DNA from: an uncultured Eubacteriales bacterium
GTDB taxonomy: Bacteria; Bacillota; Clostridia; Oscillospirales; CAG-382
Length of the DNA stretch: 64,000 nucleotides
Direction of reading: 5' to 3'
Assembly: GCA_934502885.1 (NCBI GenBank)
Contig: CAKSUT010000007.1
Location: 2,951-66,950, forward strand
Part shown: positions 43,105 to 51,781 of the stretch, piece after piece
Position numbering within the stretch: the stretch's first letter is position 1
How the letters are laid out: every line of letters starts with the position of its first letter
Notes under the pieces: model-generated
What the model saw: the letters and a program-made list of their open reading frames with translations, nothing else
Database searches by the model: none
What the model was told of the DNA's origin: nothing
Translations under genes and position numbers: made by a program

Positions 43105-45303
43105 TTATTTTTCTTCGACGAAATGTACAAGCTTGCTCGAAAGGTCGCCGACGACACGGTTCGTGAGATTGAGACCGGCGTTCATGAGAGTATCGCCGAA
43201 GTACACTCTTCCCGTCTCGGTGTCGCGGTACTTCTTATCGGGGCAGAGTCCCTTGAGCTTGACGTAGTAGCGTGAGCCTATCTTGTCGCGGTCAACGACG
43301 AAAGTGAGAATTGCCTCGTCCTTATTCTCGGAGACATAGTTCCATGCGCAATAGCCTTTCTTATCAAAGGGAGAAACGAGTCTGTAGAAGTCGCCGTAGT
43401 GAATGCAGTTGTAGAACTCATGATATCTTGCGACCTGTCTCTTTACTTCTTCCTTTTCCTCATTGCAGAGCTTATTGAGGTCAAGCTCGTATCCGAAAGA
43501 GCCTGCCATAGCGACGTTTCCTCTTGTCACAAAGCTCGACGCACGGTGAGTCTGGTGGCACGGGCTTGCCGAGACGTGCGCGCTCATTGCGGAAGCCGGG
43601 TAAACGTAGGACGTGCCGTACTGAATTTTACATCTTTCGAGAGGATCGGTGTCGTCGCTCGTCCAAATCTGCGGGCTGTAGCAGAGCATTGCCGGGTCGA
43701 AACGTCCGCCGCCGCCGGAACAGCCCTCAAGGAGAAGCTTGGGGTAATTCTTCATGAGTCTGTCGAGGAGCGCGTAAAGTCCGAGAATGTATCTGTGCTC
43801 CGCTTCACCCTGCTTTTCGGGTGGAAGTGCGGCGGAACCCATTTCGGTGAGGTTGCGGTTGAAGTCCCACTTTATGTATTCGACATTCGCGCTGTCGAGA
43901 ATGGAGGCTATTCTGTTATAGACAAAATCCACGACCTCTTTTCTCGAAAGGTCGAGAACCATCTGATTTCTGTCAAGAGTCCTTGAACGCTCTCCTGCGT
44001 GGATAACCCAGTCGGGGTGCTCCATATACACCTTGGAATTTGAGGAAACCATCTCCGGCTCGAACCACACGCCGAGCTTCATTCCGAGGGAGTTTATTCT
44101 CTCAGCAAGACCCTTTATGCCGTTCGGGAGAAGCTTTGTGTTTACCTCCCAGTCTCCGAGACCGCCGAACTCGCCCTCACGTCCGGAGAACCAACCGTCG
44201 TCCATAACAAGCATTTCTATTCCGAGAGCCGCCGCGCCTTTCGCTATTTCGTATAGCTTATCCTCGTTGAAATCGAAGTAGGTCGCCTCCCAGTTGTTTA
44301 TGAGTATCGGGCGCTTGTTGTCTCTCCAATAGCCGCGGCAGAGGTTATTGTTGTAGAGTCTGTGGTAGATACGGGACATCTCGCCGATACCCTTGTTTGT
44401 GTAGACAAGAACCGCTTCGGGAGTTGTGAAGCACCCGCCGGGGTCAAGCTTCCAGATGAAGTCGTGCGGATTTATACCGGCAAGTATTCTCGTTGTGTCC
44501 TCATGCTGAACCTCGGCTGTTATCGCAAAGCTTCCGCTGTACACAAGGCTTATTCCATAGGCGTCGCCGGAATCCTCGGTGGTGTCGTGCTTCACTATCG
44601 CCGCAAAGGGGTTGTGGTTGTGTCCGGACGAACCCTTCTTTGAGGAAACCTCGGTTATTGCGTGCGTAAGCGGTGCTCTCTCGACAAAGCGTTCAGCCGC
44701 CCATTTGCCGTAGAGGTGGATAAGCTCGAAGTCGTCGCCGTAAAAGTCAAGGCACACGCTGTGCGCACTTTCGATGTTAAAGGAAGCATCGCCGCAGTTC
44801 TTTATTCTTGCGTGTCTTGTAATGACGCTGAGTTTTTCAAAGGCAGTGTACACGAGAGTAACAACCGCACCGCTGTCACGGTCCTCAAGGTCAATCTCGA
44901 GAGTCTTTGCCTCGGAGTCGTCGTTGAGATATGTGGACGGCATACCGTCAAGTCCGGGCTTACCGTCGATTATTCTGTAGCCCTTGTATATTATTTTTGT
45001 TGCGCTGCACCCTGTTTTGTCTCTTATCGAGAGAGCGGATATTCTGAAGTCGCCTACGCCGTTCACGGAATACTCCTGCGGCTGTGCGTCGAGAGAGAAG
45101 CGGCGTGTGAGTCCTGCCTCTACGGGGTTGGGGTGAAACGGCTCGCCGATGTACGAAACAAGGTACGCCGTATCGTCATCGCTTATGTGCGCGCCATAGT
45201 AAACGTGCTTGAGAAAGCCTGCCTCACCTATCTGCATTATGTATGTTGTATCTCCGGCGTCAAGACGGAAGAGTTTTTTGTCCTCGATAAACTTTATCGC
45301 CAT
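43105..45303 (-). CDS. alpha-galactosidase (GH36)
   Basis: 732 aa. DDGWFSGREGEFGGLGDWEVN, GVWFEPEMV, KWDFNRN and CSGGGGRFD are GH36 catalytic-domain motifs. Confidence 0.92.
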   Translation of the reverse strand: MAIKFIEDKKLFRLDAGDTTYIMQIGEAGFLKHVYYGAHISDDDTAYLVSYIGEPFHPNPVEAGLTRRFSLDAQPQEYSVNGVGDFRISALSIRDKTGCSATKIIYKGYRIIDGKPGLDGMPSTYLNDDSEAKTLEIDLEDRDSGAVVTLVYTAFEKLSVITRHARIKNCGDASFNIESAHSVCLDFYGDDFELIHLYGKWAAERFVERAPLTHAITEVSSKKGSSGHNHNPFAAIVKHDTTEDSGDAYGISLVYSGSFAITAEVQHEDTTRILAGINPHDFIWKLDPGGCFTTPEAVLVYTNKGIGEMSRIYHRLYNNNLCRGYWRDNKRPILINNWEATYFDFNEDKLYEIAKGAAALGIEMLVMDDGWFSGREGEFGGLGDWEVNTKLLPNGIKGLAERINSLGMKLGVWFEPEMVSSNSKVYMEHPDWVIHAGERSRTLDRNQMVLDLSRKEVVDFVYNRIASILDSANVEYIKWDFNRNLTEMGSAALPPEKQGEAEHRYILGLYALLDRLMKNYPKLLLEGCSGGGGRFDPAMLCYSPQIWTSDDTDPLERCKIQYGTSYVYPASAMSAHVSASPCHQTHRASSFVTRGNVAMAGSFGYELDLNKLCNEEKEEVKRQVARYHEFYNCIHYGDFYRLVSPFDKKGYCAWNYVSENKDEAILTFVVDRDKIGSRYYVKLKGLCPDKKYRDTETGRVYFGDTLMNAGLNLTNRVVGDLSSKLVHFVEEK

Positions 45304-45362
45304 TTTTCTTTCCTTTCTTTTCGTAGATTTTCAAAATGCACCGTACATGGTCACACATTGTA

Positions 45363-45391
45363 AGTATACCACAAGCCTCCGCATTTGTCAA
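45363..45391 (-). promoter_or_regulatory. sigma-A promoter (extended -10) of the GH36-GH78-MFS operon
   Basis: Minus strand: TTGACA (45391-45386), 17 nt, TGgTATACT (-10 hexamer at 45368-45363). Confidence 0.6.
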
Positions 45392-45402
45392 GGAATATAA
45401 TC

Positions 45403-45438
45403 GGAATAAAAGTAAACGGCGGTGAATTAACACCGCCG
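45403..45438 (-). terminator. rho-independent terminator after the GNAT gene
   Basis: CGGCGGTG-AATTAA-CACCGCCG, followed on the minus strand by TTTACTTTTATT. Confidence 0.65.
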
Positions 45439-45443
45439 CATAT

Positions 45444-45974
45444 TCACAAAATCTCCGCACACTTATAAACTCTCTCGTACACGACCCTCTTCATTCCGAG
45501 GTACTCCGTCTCTCCGACCGCTTTTCCGGAGGTCATTATAAGAAGCGGCACAGCCGGACGCCCTTTTGACACCGACGGCTGTATGTAGGGATAGTGATTG
45601 AGCACAAAACCGTTTCTTTCGTAGAATGCGACTCTCCTTTTTGTGAGGTCGTCCTCCGGCGGCTCAACCTCAAGGCACATCGGCTTTTTCGTCATTTCGG
45701 CAAGCTCACGGAGCATATCGCTTCCCACGCCGCCGTTTCTCTTTTTAGGCGACACGGCAAAGTGTTCGATGAAAAGCACCTCGTCAAAGTCCCACACCGC
45801 AAGAAAACCGACGGTTGCACCGTTTTCACCGCGCTTTACGTAAATTTTATATGCCGGATCGCAAAACAGTGCTTTCTGCTCCTCATACGGTCTGTACTCT
45901 GTTTCGGGAAAGCTTTCGTCCATTATTGCGTACACTTCGTCAAATCCGTTATCCTTTGTTATAAGTTCAAGCAT
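45444..45974 (-). CDS. GNAT family N-acetyltransferase
   Basis: 176 aa. Acetyl-CoA loop KRNGGVGSDMLREL. Confidence 0.85.
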   Translation of the reverse strand: MLELITKDNGFDEVYAIMDESFPETEYRPYEEQKALFCDPAYKIYVKRGENGATVGFLAVWDFDEVLFIEHFAVSPKKRNGGVGSDMLRELAEMTKKPMCLEVEPPEDDLTKRRVAFYERNGFVLNHYPYIQPSVSKGRPAVPLLIMTSGKAVGETEYLGMKRVVYERVYKCAEIL

Positions 45975-45997
45975 TCACTTTGTTACCTTTCGTTTTA

Positions 45998-47089
45998 TCA
46001 GTCACGTTCCGCGCTGAGGAAGCTTTTTTTCGTACTTTTTAAGAGAAGCAGCAGCGCACGTCCGACCGCCTCACGTGTGGTTTCGTCGAGGTCTTTCACG
46101 GAGCGAAGCACCTTGAGTGCGCTCTCCACAGGGTTCTCGCCTATCTCACGGACGGTGCTTGCGTCGGTTTTCAATACGATGTCGTAAAGCGCATCGACAA
46201 GACTCTCTCTCTGTTCCTTGGTCATGGCGGAAATCCACGACTTGAGCGTTTTGTCAACGAATTTGCTTCCCTCGTCCACCTCTTCGACGTAGGAAAAGCC
46301 CGTCCGTCTTACGCTCCATGAATATATATCGTGCTGCATTATTCCGACATATGCGCTGTAAACTATGGTGTACTTTTCCTCGTGACCGAGAAGCATTCCC
46401 ACAACCGATGACTGCGGCACAAAGGTTCTCACTCTGTCACGTATCGTTTTGTATCCCTCGGACGCAAGAACCTCCTCACCGAATCCCGGACCGTCGTAGT
46501 TGTAAACTGTTTTTATTCTGTTCTGCACGTCCTCATCCGCAAATGCCGATGCATACACCGCAAGGTTTCCGCCCTTTGAATGTCCTCCGACGGTAAGCTC
46601 ATCACCGCCCTTACCGACGACGTTTATGTACTTCGCCGCAAGTTTTTGTGCCGTCACTTCACCAAAGCTCATGTTTAAGTCCTCTTTCCAGCCGACAAGC
46701 GTGTTGTCCGTGCCCCGAAAAGAAACATAAGACTCGCCGTCACGAAAGCGCACCGTCACGGCGGAAAACTGCGTCTGTGTCTCTTCGTCAATCTTATTCA
46801 CGAAGTTTGAAAGCACGGCGTTTTCGTATCTCGGACTGCGCAAAAGCGACGCCAAAAGCCGAACGTCCTCCTTTTGAAGCACAAGATTGCCGATATCCGG
46901 CATTGCAAGCATGGTTTTTGCCGCCTCGGCTATCGTGACCGTCGCATTTTCGTCGGCGAACAGGTCGGTTTTCTCAAACGGCAGATACGAAAGCCTTGCG
47001 AGAATAGCACCGTCAAGCTCGTTGAATTCGCTGTCGTCGAAGCTTAAATCGCCGCGCCAGTAGAGGTAGTCAAAAATATCGGAAGCCAT
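45998..47089 (-). CDS. Mbeg1-like / DUF2974 alpha/beta-hydrolase-fold protein
   Basis: GAGGAGG SD. Nucleophile elbow GHSKGGNLAVYAS; N-terminal YLYWRGDLSF is typical of DUF2974 as I recall it. Confidence 0.72.
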   Translation of the reverse strand: MASDIFDYLYWRGDLSFDDSEFNELDGAILARLSYLPFEKTDLFADENATVTIAEAAKTMLAMPDIGNLVLQKEDVRLLASLLRSPRYENAVLSNFVNKIDEETQTQFSAVTVRFRDGESYVSFRGTDNTLVGWKEDLNMSFGEVTAQKLAAKYINVVGKGGDELTVGGHSKGGNLAVYASAFADEDVQNRIKTVYNYDGPGFGEEVLASEGYKTIRDRVRTFVPQSSVVGMLLGHEEKYTIVYSAYVGIMQHDIYSWSVRRTGFSYVEEVDEGSKFVDKTLKSWISAMTKEQRESLVDALYDIVLKTDASTVREIGENPVESALKVLRSVKDLDETTREAVGRALLLLLKSTKKSFLSAERD

Positions 47090-47154
47090 AATTTCCTCCT
47101 CAAAATGATTGTTCCGTACTCATTATATTACTCTTTACGCAAAATGTTATTCTT

Positions 47155-48032
47155 TTACGCCGCGCGCAGCACGAGAAGAAGCGTGCCGAAAACAAGAGCG
47201 GCAAGTCCGACGGCGGCTCTTTCGGTGAGCTTTTCGCCGAGTATGATTCGTGAAAACGCTACGGTCACGAGTATGCTGAGCTTATCTATCGGCACAACGA
47301 CGCTTGCGGGACCCGTCTGAAGCGCTCTATAGTAGGCAAACCACGAAAGCCCCGTCGCCGCACCGGATATCGTGAGAAAAAAAGATTTTTACCCCTTATC
47401 TTGCCCATATCAGACATTCCGCCGAAAGCCGCCGCGACTATCCACGCCATCACAAGAACGACGGTTGTGCGTATTGCGGTTCCGAGGTCGGAGTCTATGT
47501 CGGCTATTCCTATCTTTGCGAGAATCGAGGTTGCCGCCGCAAACACTGCCGACAGAAACGCCCAGATTATCCAGCCGTAATTCTTATCTTCGCCGCCATT
47601 CTTTTCGGACGGCTTATGTATATCTATCATGAGGTAGGTTCCGAGAGCGATGAGAAACATGCACACCGCCTTTATGGGAGTAATCCCCTCTCCGAGACAG
47701 CTTGCCGCAAGAAGCATTGACATGACGGTGCTTGATTTGTCTATCGGAGCAACCTTGTTTGCGTCTCCGTTTTGCAGAGCTTTGAAGCAGCAGAGCCACG
47801 ACGCCCCGGTCGCAAGTCCGGACAGCACGAGGAACACTGCCGTTTTCGCATTTATATCGGCAATACCGCAGAGCGTACCTCTGACAGCGGCAAGAAGCCA
47901 TGCGAACACGAAAACAACCGCCGTGCGCACTGCGGTCGCAAGGTTTGAGTTGATATTTTTAACGCCGACTTTTGAAAGGATCGCCGTGATACCGGCAAAG
48001 AACGCCGATGCAAGGGCAAACACAATCCACAT
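47155..48032 (-). pseudogene. EamA/DMT-family transporter interrupted by a frameshift in a homopolymer
   Basis: Start ATG 48032 (GAGGTG SD). The frame is lost at the A7 run (plus 47377-47383). The +1 frame continues LTISGAATGLSWFAYYRALQTGPASVVVPIDKLS...LVLRAA to TAA 47155-47157, mirroring the first EamA half (VLSGLATGASWLCCFKALQNGDANKVAPIDKSS). Confidence 0.8.
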
Positions 48033-48120
48033 ATAAAACACCTCTCATACTATGTTTCACGTATATTCTACCACCGATTTACAGCCGTGTCTTTTCTTAT
48101 TTGTAACAAAATCTCAGCGT

Positions 48121-48161
48121 ACAAAACAAAGTGCCCGTCTCCGCTTTTATGGGGACGGGCA
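48121..48161 (-). terminator. rho-independent terminator after the beta-helix gene
   Basis: Minus strand: TGCCCGTC..loop..GACGGGCA, then CTTTGTTTTGT. Confidence 0.6.
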
Positions 48162-48167
48162 TTATAA

Positions 48168-49394
48168 TCAAACGATGTTTCCGTTTGCGTCAACCCATTT
48201 CTTTGACTCGGGGTCGATGCATATAACCTGTTTCATGAGGTCCGTATCGAAAATCTGCTGGCCGAACGTCGGGTAGTATCCGAGTCTCTCGGCGGTAGTG
48301 CAGACTGTCTTGTGACAGTTGTTCCTTGTCTTTATTCCAACACCGCTTCCGTCGCTTTCCCAAATCCGGCAATCCTCGGCGTTGAGGCGATTCCATTCGG
48401 GCTGTATCGTAAAATCGATATTGCCTCTCCATGTGCCGGGATATACTTCACGCATAAGATCTCCGAGTTTTCCGCCGGGAGTCTGCTTTTCAACACGCTC
48501 CATATTGAAGCTTATCATGGTTACCTCCTGACCGCCCTGCATATGCTCGCCGTTTCTGTCGTCGTCTCCGCAGAGGTTGAAAAGCGGCATATTTATATTG
48601 CGCTCGTCCATGCAGTTGATAAGCGTTATCGGGTGATTCGTACCGCACCTTGTTTTGTAGTTACCGAAGGTAAATCCGTAACAACCGACCGCTGCACCGC
48701 AGTTTATACAGATGACGTGTTCGCCGCCGCATTGTATTCCCTCATCGAAGCCGTAGGTCTGAACGTTTACGTAATTACTGTAGCTGTTGTTGCTCCCGTC
48801 GGTCATTGTAAGACCTATACAGCCTTTTTCGGGGATGGGAGGAGGCGTCCCGAGACCGTTTGAAGAATCCTCGGAGATGAGGTCGGCATAGCTTACAAGC
48901 GTTGCGTTGATGATCTCGACTCTGTCGGTTCTTCTTAAATCCACGCACCTGATTTCGTGTGAATTGTTCGCAAGGAAAACCGAGATATTCTCCATATGAA
49001 GCGAAGAGCCGTTCTGTATTCCGACTTCCGTCCATCGTCCTCTTATCACGTCGGTTTCTCCGTCTATACTGCTAAGCGCCTCTTGCGAAACGTACAACAC
49101 AACGCCGTTGTCGAATCTTTTCTGAAAGCCGTACTCGAGATTTTCTCCGATAAAGCGTATTTCACGCCACGCATTCGGAAAGCAAACCGCCGTTTTCGGT
49201 CCGCCGTCTTCGTAATAATCGTGAAAAGCGTCAATGTGATACATTCCGTTTAAAAGCATGATGTTCCTGTTTTCCCCGACCGCTTTATCTATGGCTTTCT
49301 GTATAACAAGCTCGTCGTTTCTGCCTCCGCAGACAAAATCTGTTTTTGCGTCTCCGGAATAGTTATTCGGTGCTACAATGATGTAATTTTCCAT
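48168..49394 (-). CDS. hypothetical cytoplasmic protein, probable right-handed beta-helix (pectate-lyase-superfamily-like)
   Basis: AAAGGAG SD. 408 aa, no signal peptide. N-terminal GDAKTD..ELVIQKAIDKA...LLNGMYHI resembles the start of pectate-lyase-3 / tailspike-like beta-helices. Cys-rich. Confidence 0.55.
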   Translation of the reverse strand: MENYIIVAPNNYSGDAKTDFVCGGRNDELVIQKAIDKAVGENRNIMLLNGMYHIDAFHDYYEDGGPKTAVCFPNAWREIRFIGENLEYGFQKRFDNGVVLYVSQEALSSIDGETDVIRGRWTEVGIQNGSSLHMENISVFLANNSHEIRCVDLRRTDRVEIINATLVSYADLISEDSSNGLGTPPPIPEKGCIGLTMTDGSNNSYSNYVNVQTYGFDEGIQCGGEHVICINCGAAVGCYGFTFGNYKTRCGTNHPITLINCMDERNINMPLFNLCGDDDRNGEHMQGGQEVTMISFNMERVEKQTPGGKLGDLMREVYPGTWRGNIDFTIQPEWNRLNAEDCRIWESDGSGVGIKTRNNCHKTVCTTAERLGYYPTFGQQIFDTDLMKQVICIDPESKKWVDANGNIV

Positions 49395-49451
49395 ATTTTC
49401 ACCGCTCCTTTCGTTTTATCTATTTTTATTGCAATCCAAAGCAAATGTCCA

Positions 49452-49481
49452 TTGACAAATCATAAGAAAATATGGTAAAAT
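49452..49481 (+). promoter_or_regulatory. sigma-A promoter (extended -10) of the AraC regulator
   Basis: TTGACA (49452-49457), 18 nt, TGgTAAAAT (49473-49481). Confidence 0.55.
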
Positions 49482-49501
49482 CATAAGCAGAGGTGATAAG
49501 T

Positions 49502-50281
49502 ATGCTGTACCATATACTGTTAAACGGAGATACAAATCTTTTGAAAATTGACAACATCGGCTTCAGCGACGACCCAAAAATCTGCCGTTTCGGTCCCGGG
49601 CAAAGGGATCTGTATCTCATACACTATGTAATATCCGGCGAGGGAATGTTTAACGGCAATCCCGTAAAGAACGGTCAAGGCTTTCTCATTACGCCAAACT
49701 CACGCGAGTGCTATTATCCGACGACGGAAAGGTGGAAAATACTGTGGGTGACGTCCCGAGACCCCAATATGAAAGAAATATTTGAATCGTATAATGCCCA
49801 TCCGAACACCCGGATTTTCTCTTACGGCTATGTAAAGGAGGCTGACGAACTGACCGTAATGTTAAAAAACAATCACGGTCGGTGCTATACCGCCTCAAAA
49901 ATACTTGAAATATTTTTAAATCTTTACAACAACGGCATAAAAGAAACCGCCGTATACAGAGACACGGCGGAAATATATTGCAAGCAGGCAGTCAACTACA
50001 TTCAGTCAAACCTTTTTCGCCGCATACGTGTGGGGGAACTGACAGCATTTCTCAGAATATCTCAGCCGAGTCTGTACAACGCCTTTATACAAAAACTCTC
50101 TGTATCGCCAAAGGAATACATCGACGGTGCAAAGCTCTCGGAAGCAAAAAACCTTCTCTTAAAAACCGATATGCCTGTATCCGAAGTCGCCCGTTCGGTC
50201 GGTTTTGAGGATCAGTTCGCTTTCTCAAAGTTTTTCAGGAAAAAGACCGGTATCCCTCCGACAGGATTCAGAAAGCTGTAA
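49502..50281 (+). CDS. AraC family transcriptional regulator
   Basis: Start ATG 49502 (GAGGTG SD). N-terminal cupin-like sensor and a C-terminal double HTH (..VSEVARSVGFEDQFAFSKFFRKKTGIPPTGFR). Confidence 0.88.
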   Translation: MLYHILLNGDTNLLKIDNIGFSDDPKICRFGPGQRDLYLIHYVISGEGMFNGNPVKNGQGFLITPNSRECYYPTTERWKILWVTSRDPNMKEIFESYNAHPNTRIFSYGYVKEADELTVMLKNNHGRCYTASKILEIFLNLYNNGIKETAVYRDTAEIYCKQAVNYIQSNLFRRIRVGELTAFLRISQPSLYNAFIQKLSVSPKEYIDGAKLSEAKNLLLKTDMPVSEVARSVGFEDQFAFSKFFRKKTGIPPTGFRKL

Positions 50282-50282
50282 T

Positions 50283-50924
50283 TCAAAGCTCTCTCTTTTC
50301 GTAAATCCTCACTGCGGCAAGGTACGAAACGAAGTCAACCGCAGCACACACGAGCAAGACGAAGAAAAGCGTGCCGAGAGGCAGAGAAGAGGCGTCCGTC
50401 GCCGTGTCTCCGGAATCGGCGGCAGAAACGAGTGCGGCGGAAATTCCCGTCACGGCTCCGAAAATCAAAACCGAAACCAGCCTCGATTTGACATAACCGA
50501 ACTTCATCTGCAAAGGAAGCATAACGGCATTGAGAATAAGTCCGGAAGAAACGCCGAAAAGAACCGCCGGGAGCGTCATTCCGAGCATATCGGATTTCAT
50601 GCCGAAAAGAGCCGACATCGCAAGTCGTACAAGAATAAGCACAACCGCCCCTGCGGCAAGGGAAATCACTCCGAGAAGATATCTTTCCGCAACGAGCCTG
50701 CGCCGTGAAAGAGGAAAAGCCGTTTCGAGCTTATTCCAACCGCAGTTTTCGTCTGTTGACGCCGCACTTGAGGTCACGGCATACGAGAAGTAAAACACCG
50801 CAAGAGGCGCAAACAAACCGATATATTCTCCGCTTCCGCCCACTCCCCACAGCACGGCGACCGCAAGTATGAAAATCATGCTCTTTTTTAAGTTGAGCAT
50901 ATCCTTTAAAAGCAAACCGCTCAT
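50283..50924 (-). CDS. ABC-2 type transporter permease
   Basis: 213 aa, 6 TM helices. The start overlaps the ATPase stop (ATGA). Confidence 0.72.
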   Translation of the reverse strand: MSGLLLKDMLNLKKSMIFILAVAVLWGVGGSGEYIGLFAPLAVFYFSYAVTSSAASTDENCGWNKLETAFPLSRRRLVAERYLLGVISLAAGAVVLILVRLAMSALFGMKSDMLGMTLPAVLFGVSSGLILNAVMLPLQMKFGYVKSRLVSVLIFGAVTGISAALVSAADSGDTATDASSLPLGTLFFVLLVCAAVDFVSYLAAVRIYEKREL

Positions 50925-51781
50925 TTCTCTTCACCTCCGGAAATGTATATTATCAAATCCTCGATATCGGCTCTCTCCCCTTCGTCGGGTTTGCCGTCGG
51001 CATATGTATCGACCATAACGCTCACGCCGTATCTTTCACGCCGAACGCCGACGACGGCTCTCTTATCGAACGCTTCGTATTCATCCTCGGAGAGGTTCAC
51101 TATTCTGTATCTTTCCTCAATCTCGTCCTTTTCGCCGTCAACCACGATTTTTCCGTCCGCTATCACGCATATGTAATCGCAAATCTTCTCGAGGTCGCTC
51201 ACTATGTGCGACGTGATAAGCACCGAATTTTCCGGGTCTCGGGTAAACTCTCCGAATATTCTCACCACATCGTCCCTCGCCGCAGGGTCAAGTCCGTTTG
51301 TCGCTTCGTCGAGAACGAGAAGCTTTGCCTTGTGTGAAAGAGCGGCGGCAACAGAGAACTTCATCTTCATGCCCTGCGAAAATTCGGAGAACTTTTTATT
51401 CTCGGGAACGCCGAGCTTTTCGAGGTAGGTGAGGTAATCATTGTCGCTCCAGCTTTTGTATATGCGCTTCATTATCTTTCCTATATCGGCGGCAGTGAGA
51501 GTCGGCGGATAGCCGGAATAGTCGAACACAACGCCTATTTCCTATTTCACGGCGTCGAAATTCTTATCCGACACTCTCTTTCCGAGAACCGAAATCCCGC
51601 CGGAATCGGGCTTCGCACCACCGATTAGAAGCTTTATAAGGGTGCTTTTACCGGCTCCGTTTCTTCCGACAAGCCCCACAACGCACCCTTTCGGCACGGT
51701 GAGGTTCACATTTTTTACGGCAAAGTCGCCGTAGCTTTTCGAGACCGCTTTCATCTCGATTGCATTCTCGCAATATGTCAT
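50921..51781 (-). pseudogene. ABC transporter ATP-binding protein interrupted by an in-frame TAG
   Basis: Listed as two ORFs in the same frame. The N-part carries Walker A (GRNGAGKST); the C-part carries the signature FSQGMKMKF and Walker B LLVLDEATNGLD. The junction reads FDAVK-TAG-EIGVVFDYSG (TAG at 51542-51544). Confidence 0.8.

Noticed and set aside
48168-50281. The AraC/beta-helix pair as a horizontally acquired low-GC islet.
   Set aside because: A few 60-nt lines of the AraC gene look AT-richer than neighbouring genes, but I did not compute GC content or codon usage. There are no flanking repeats, tRNA or mobility genes. I kept it only as a check suggested under the corresponding finding.
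51542-51544. TAG as a recoded sense codon (pyrrolysine or an alternative genetic code).
   Set aside because: No other gene in the window has an internal TAG. The TAA, TGA and TAG codons I checked coincide with sensible gene ends (most checked ends are TAA or TGA). No pyl genes or methylamine methyltransferases are present. A single nonsense mutation or a base-call error is the simplest explanation.
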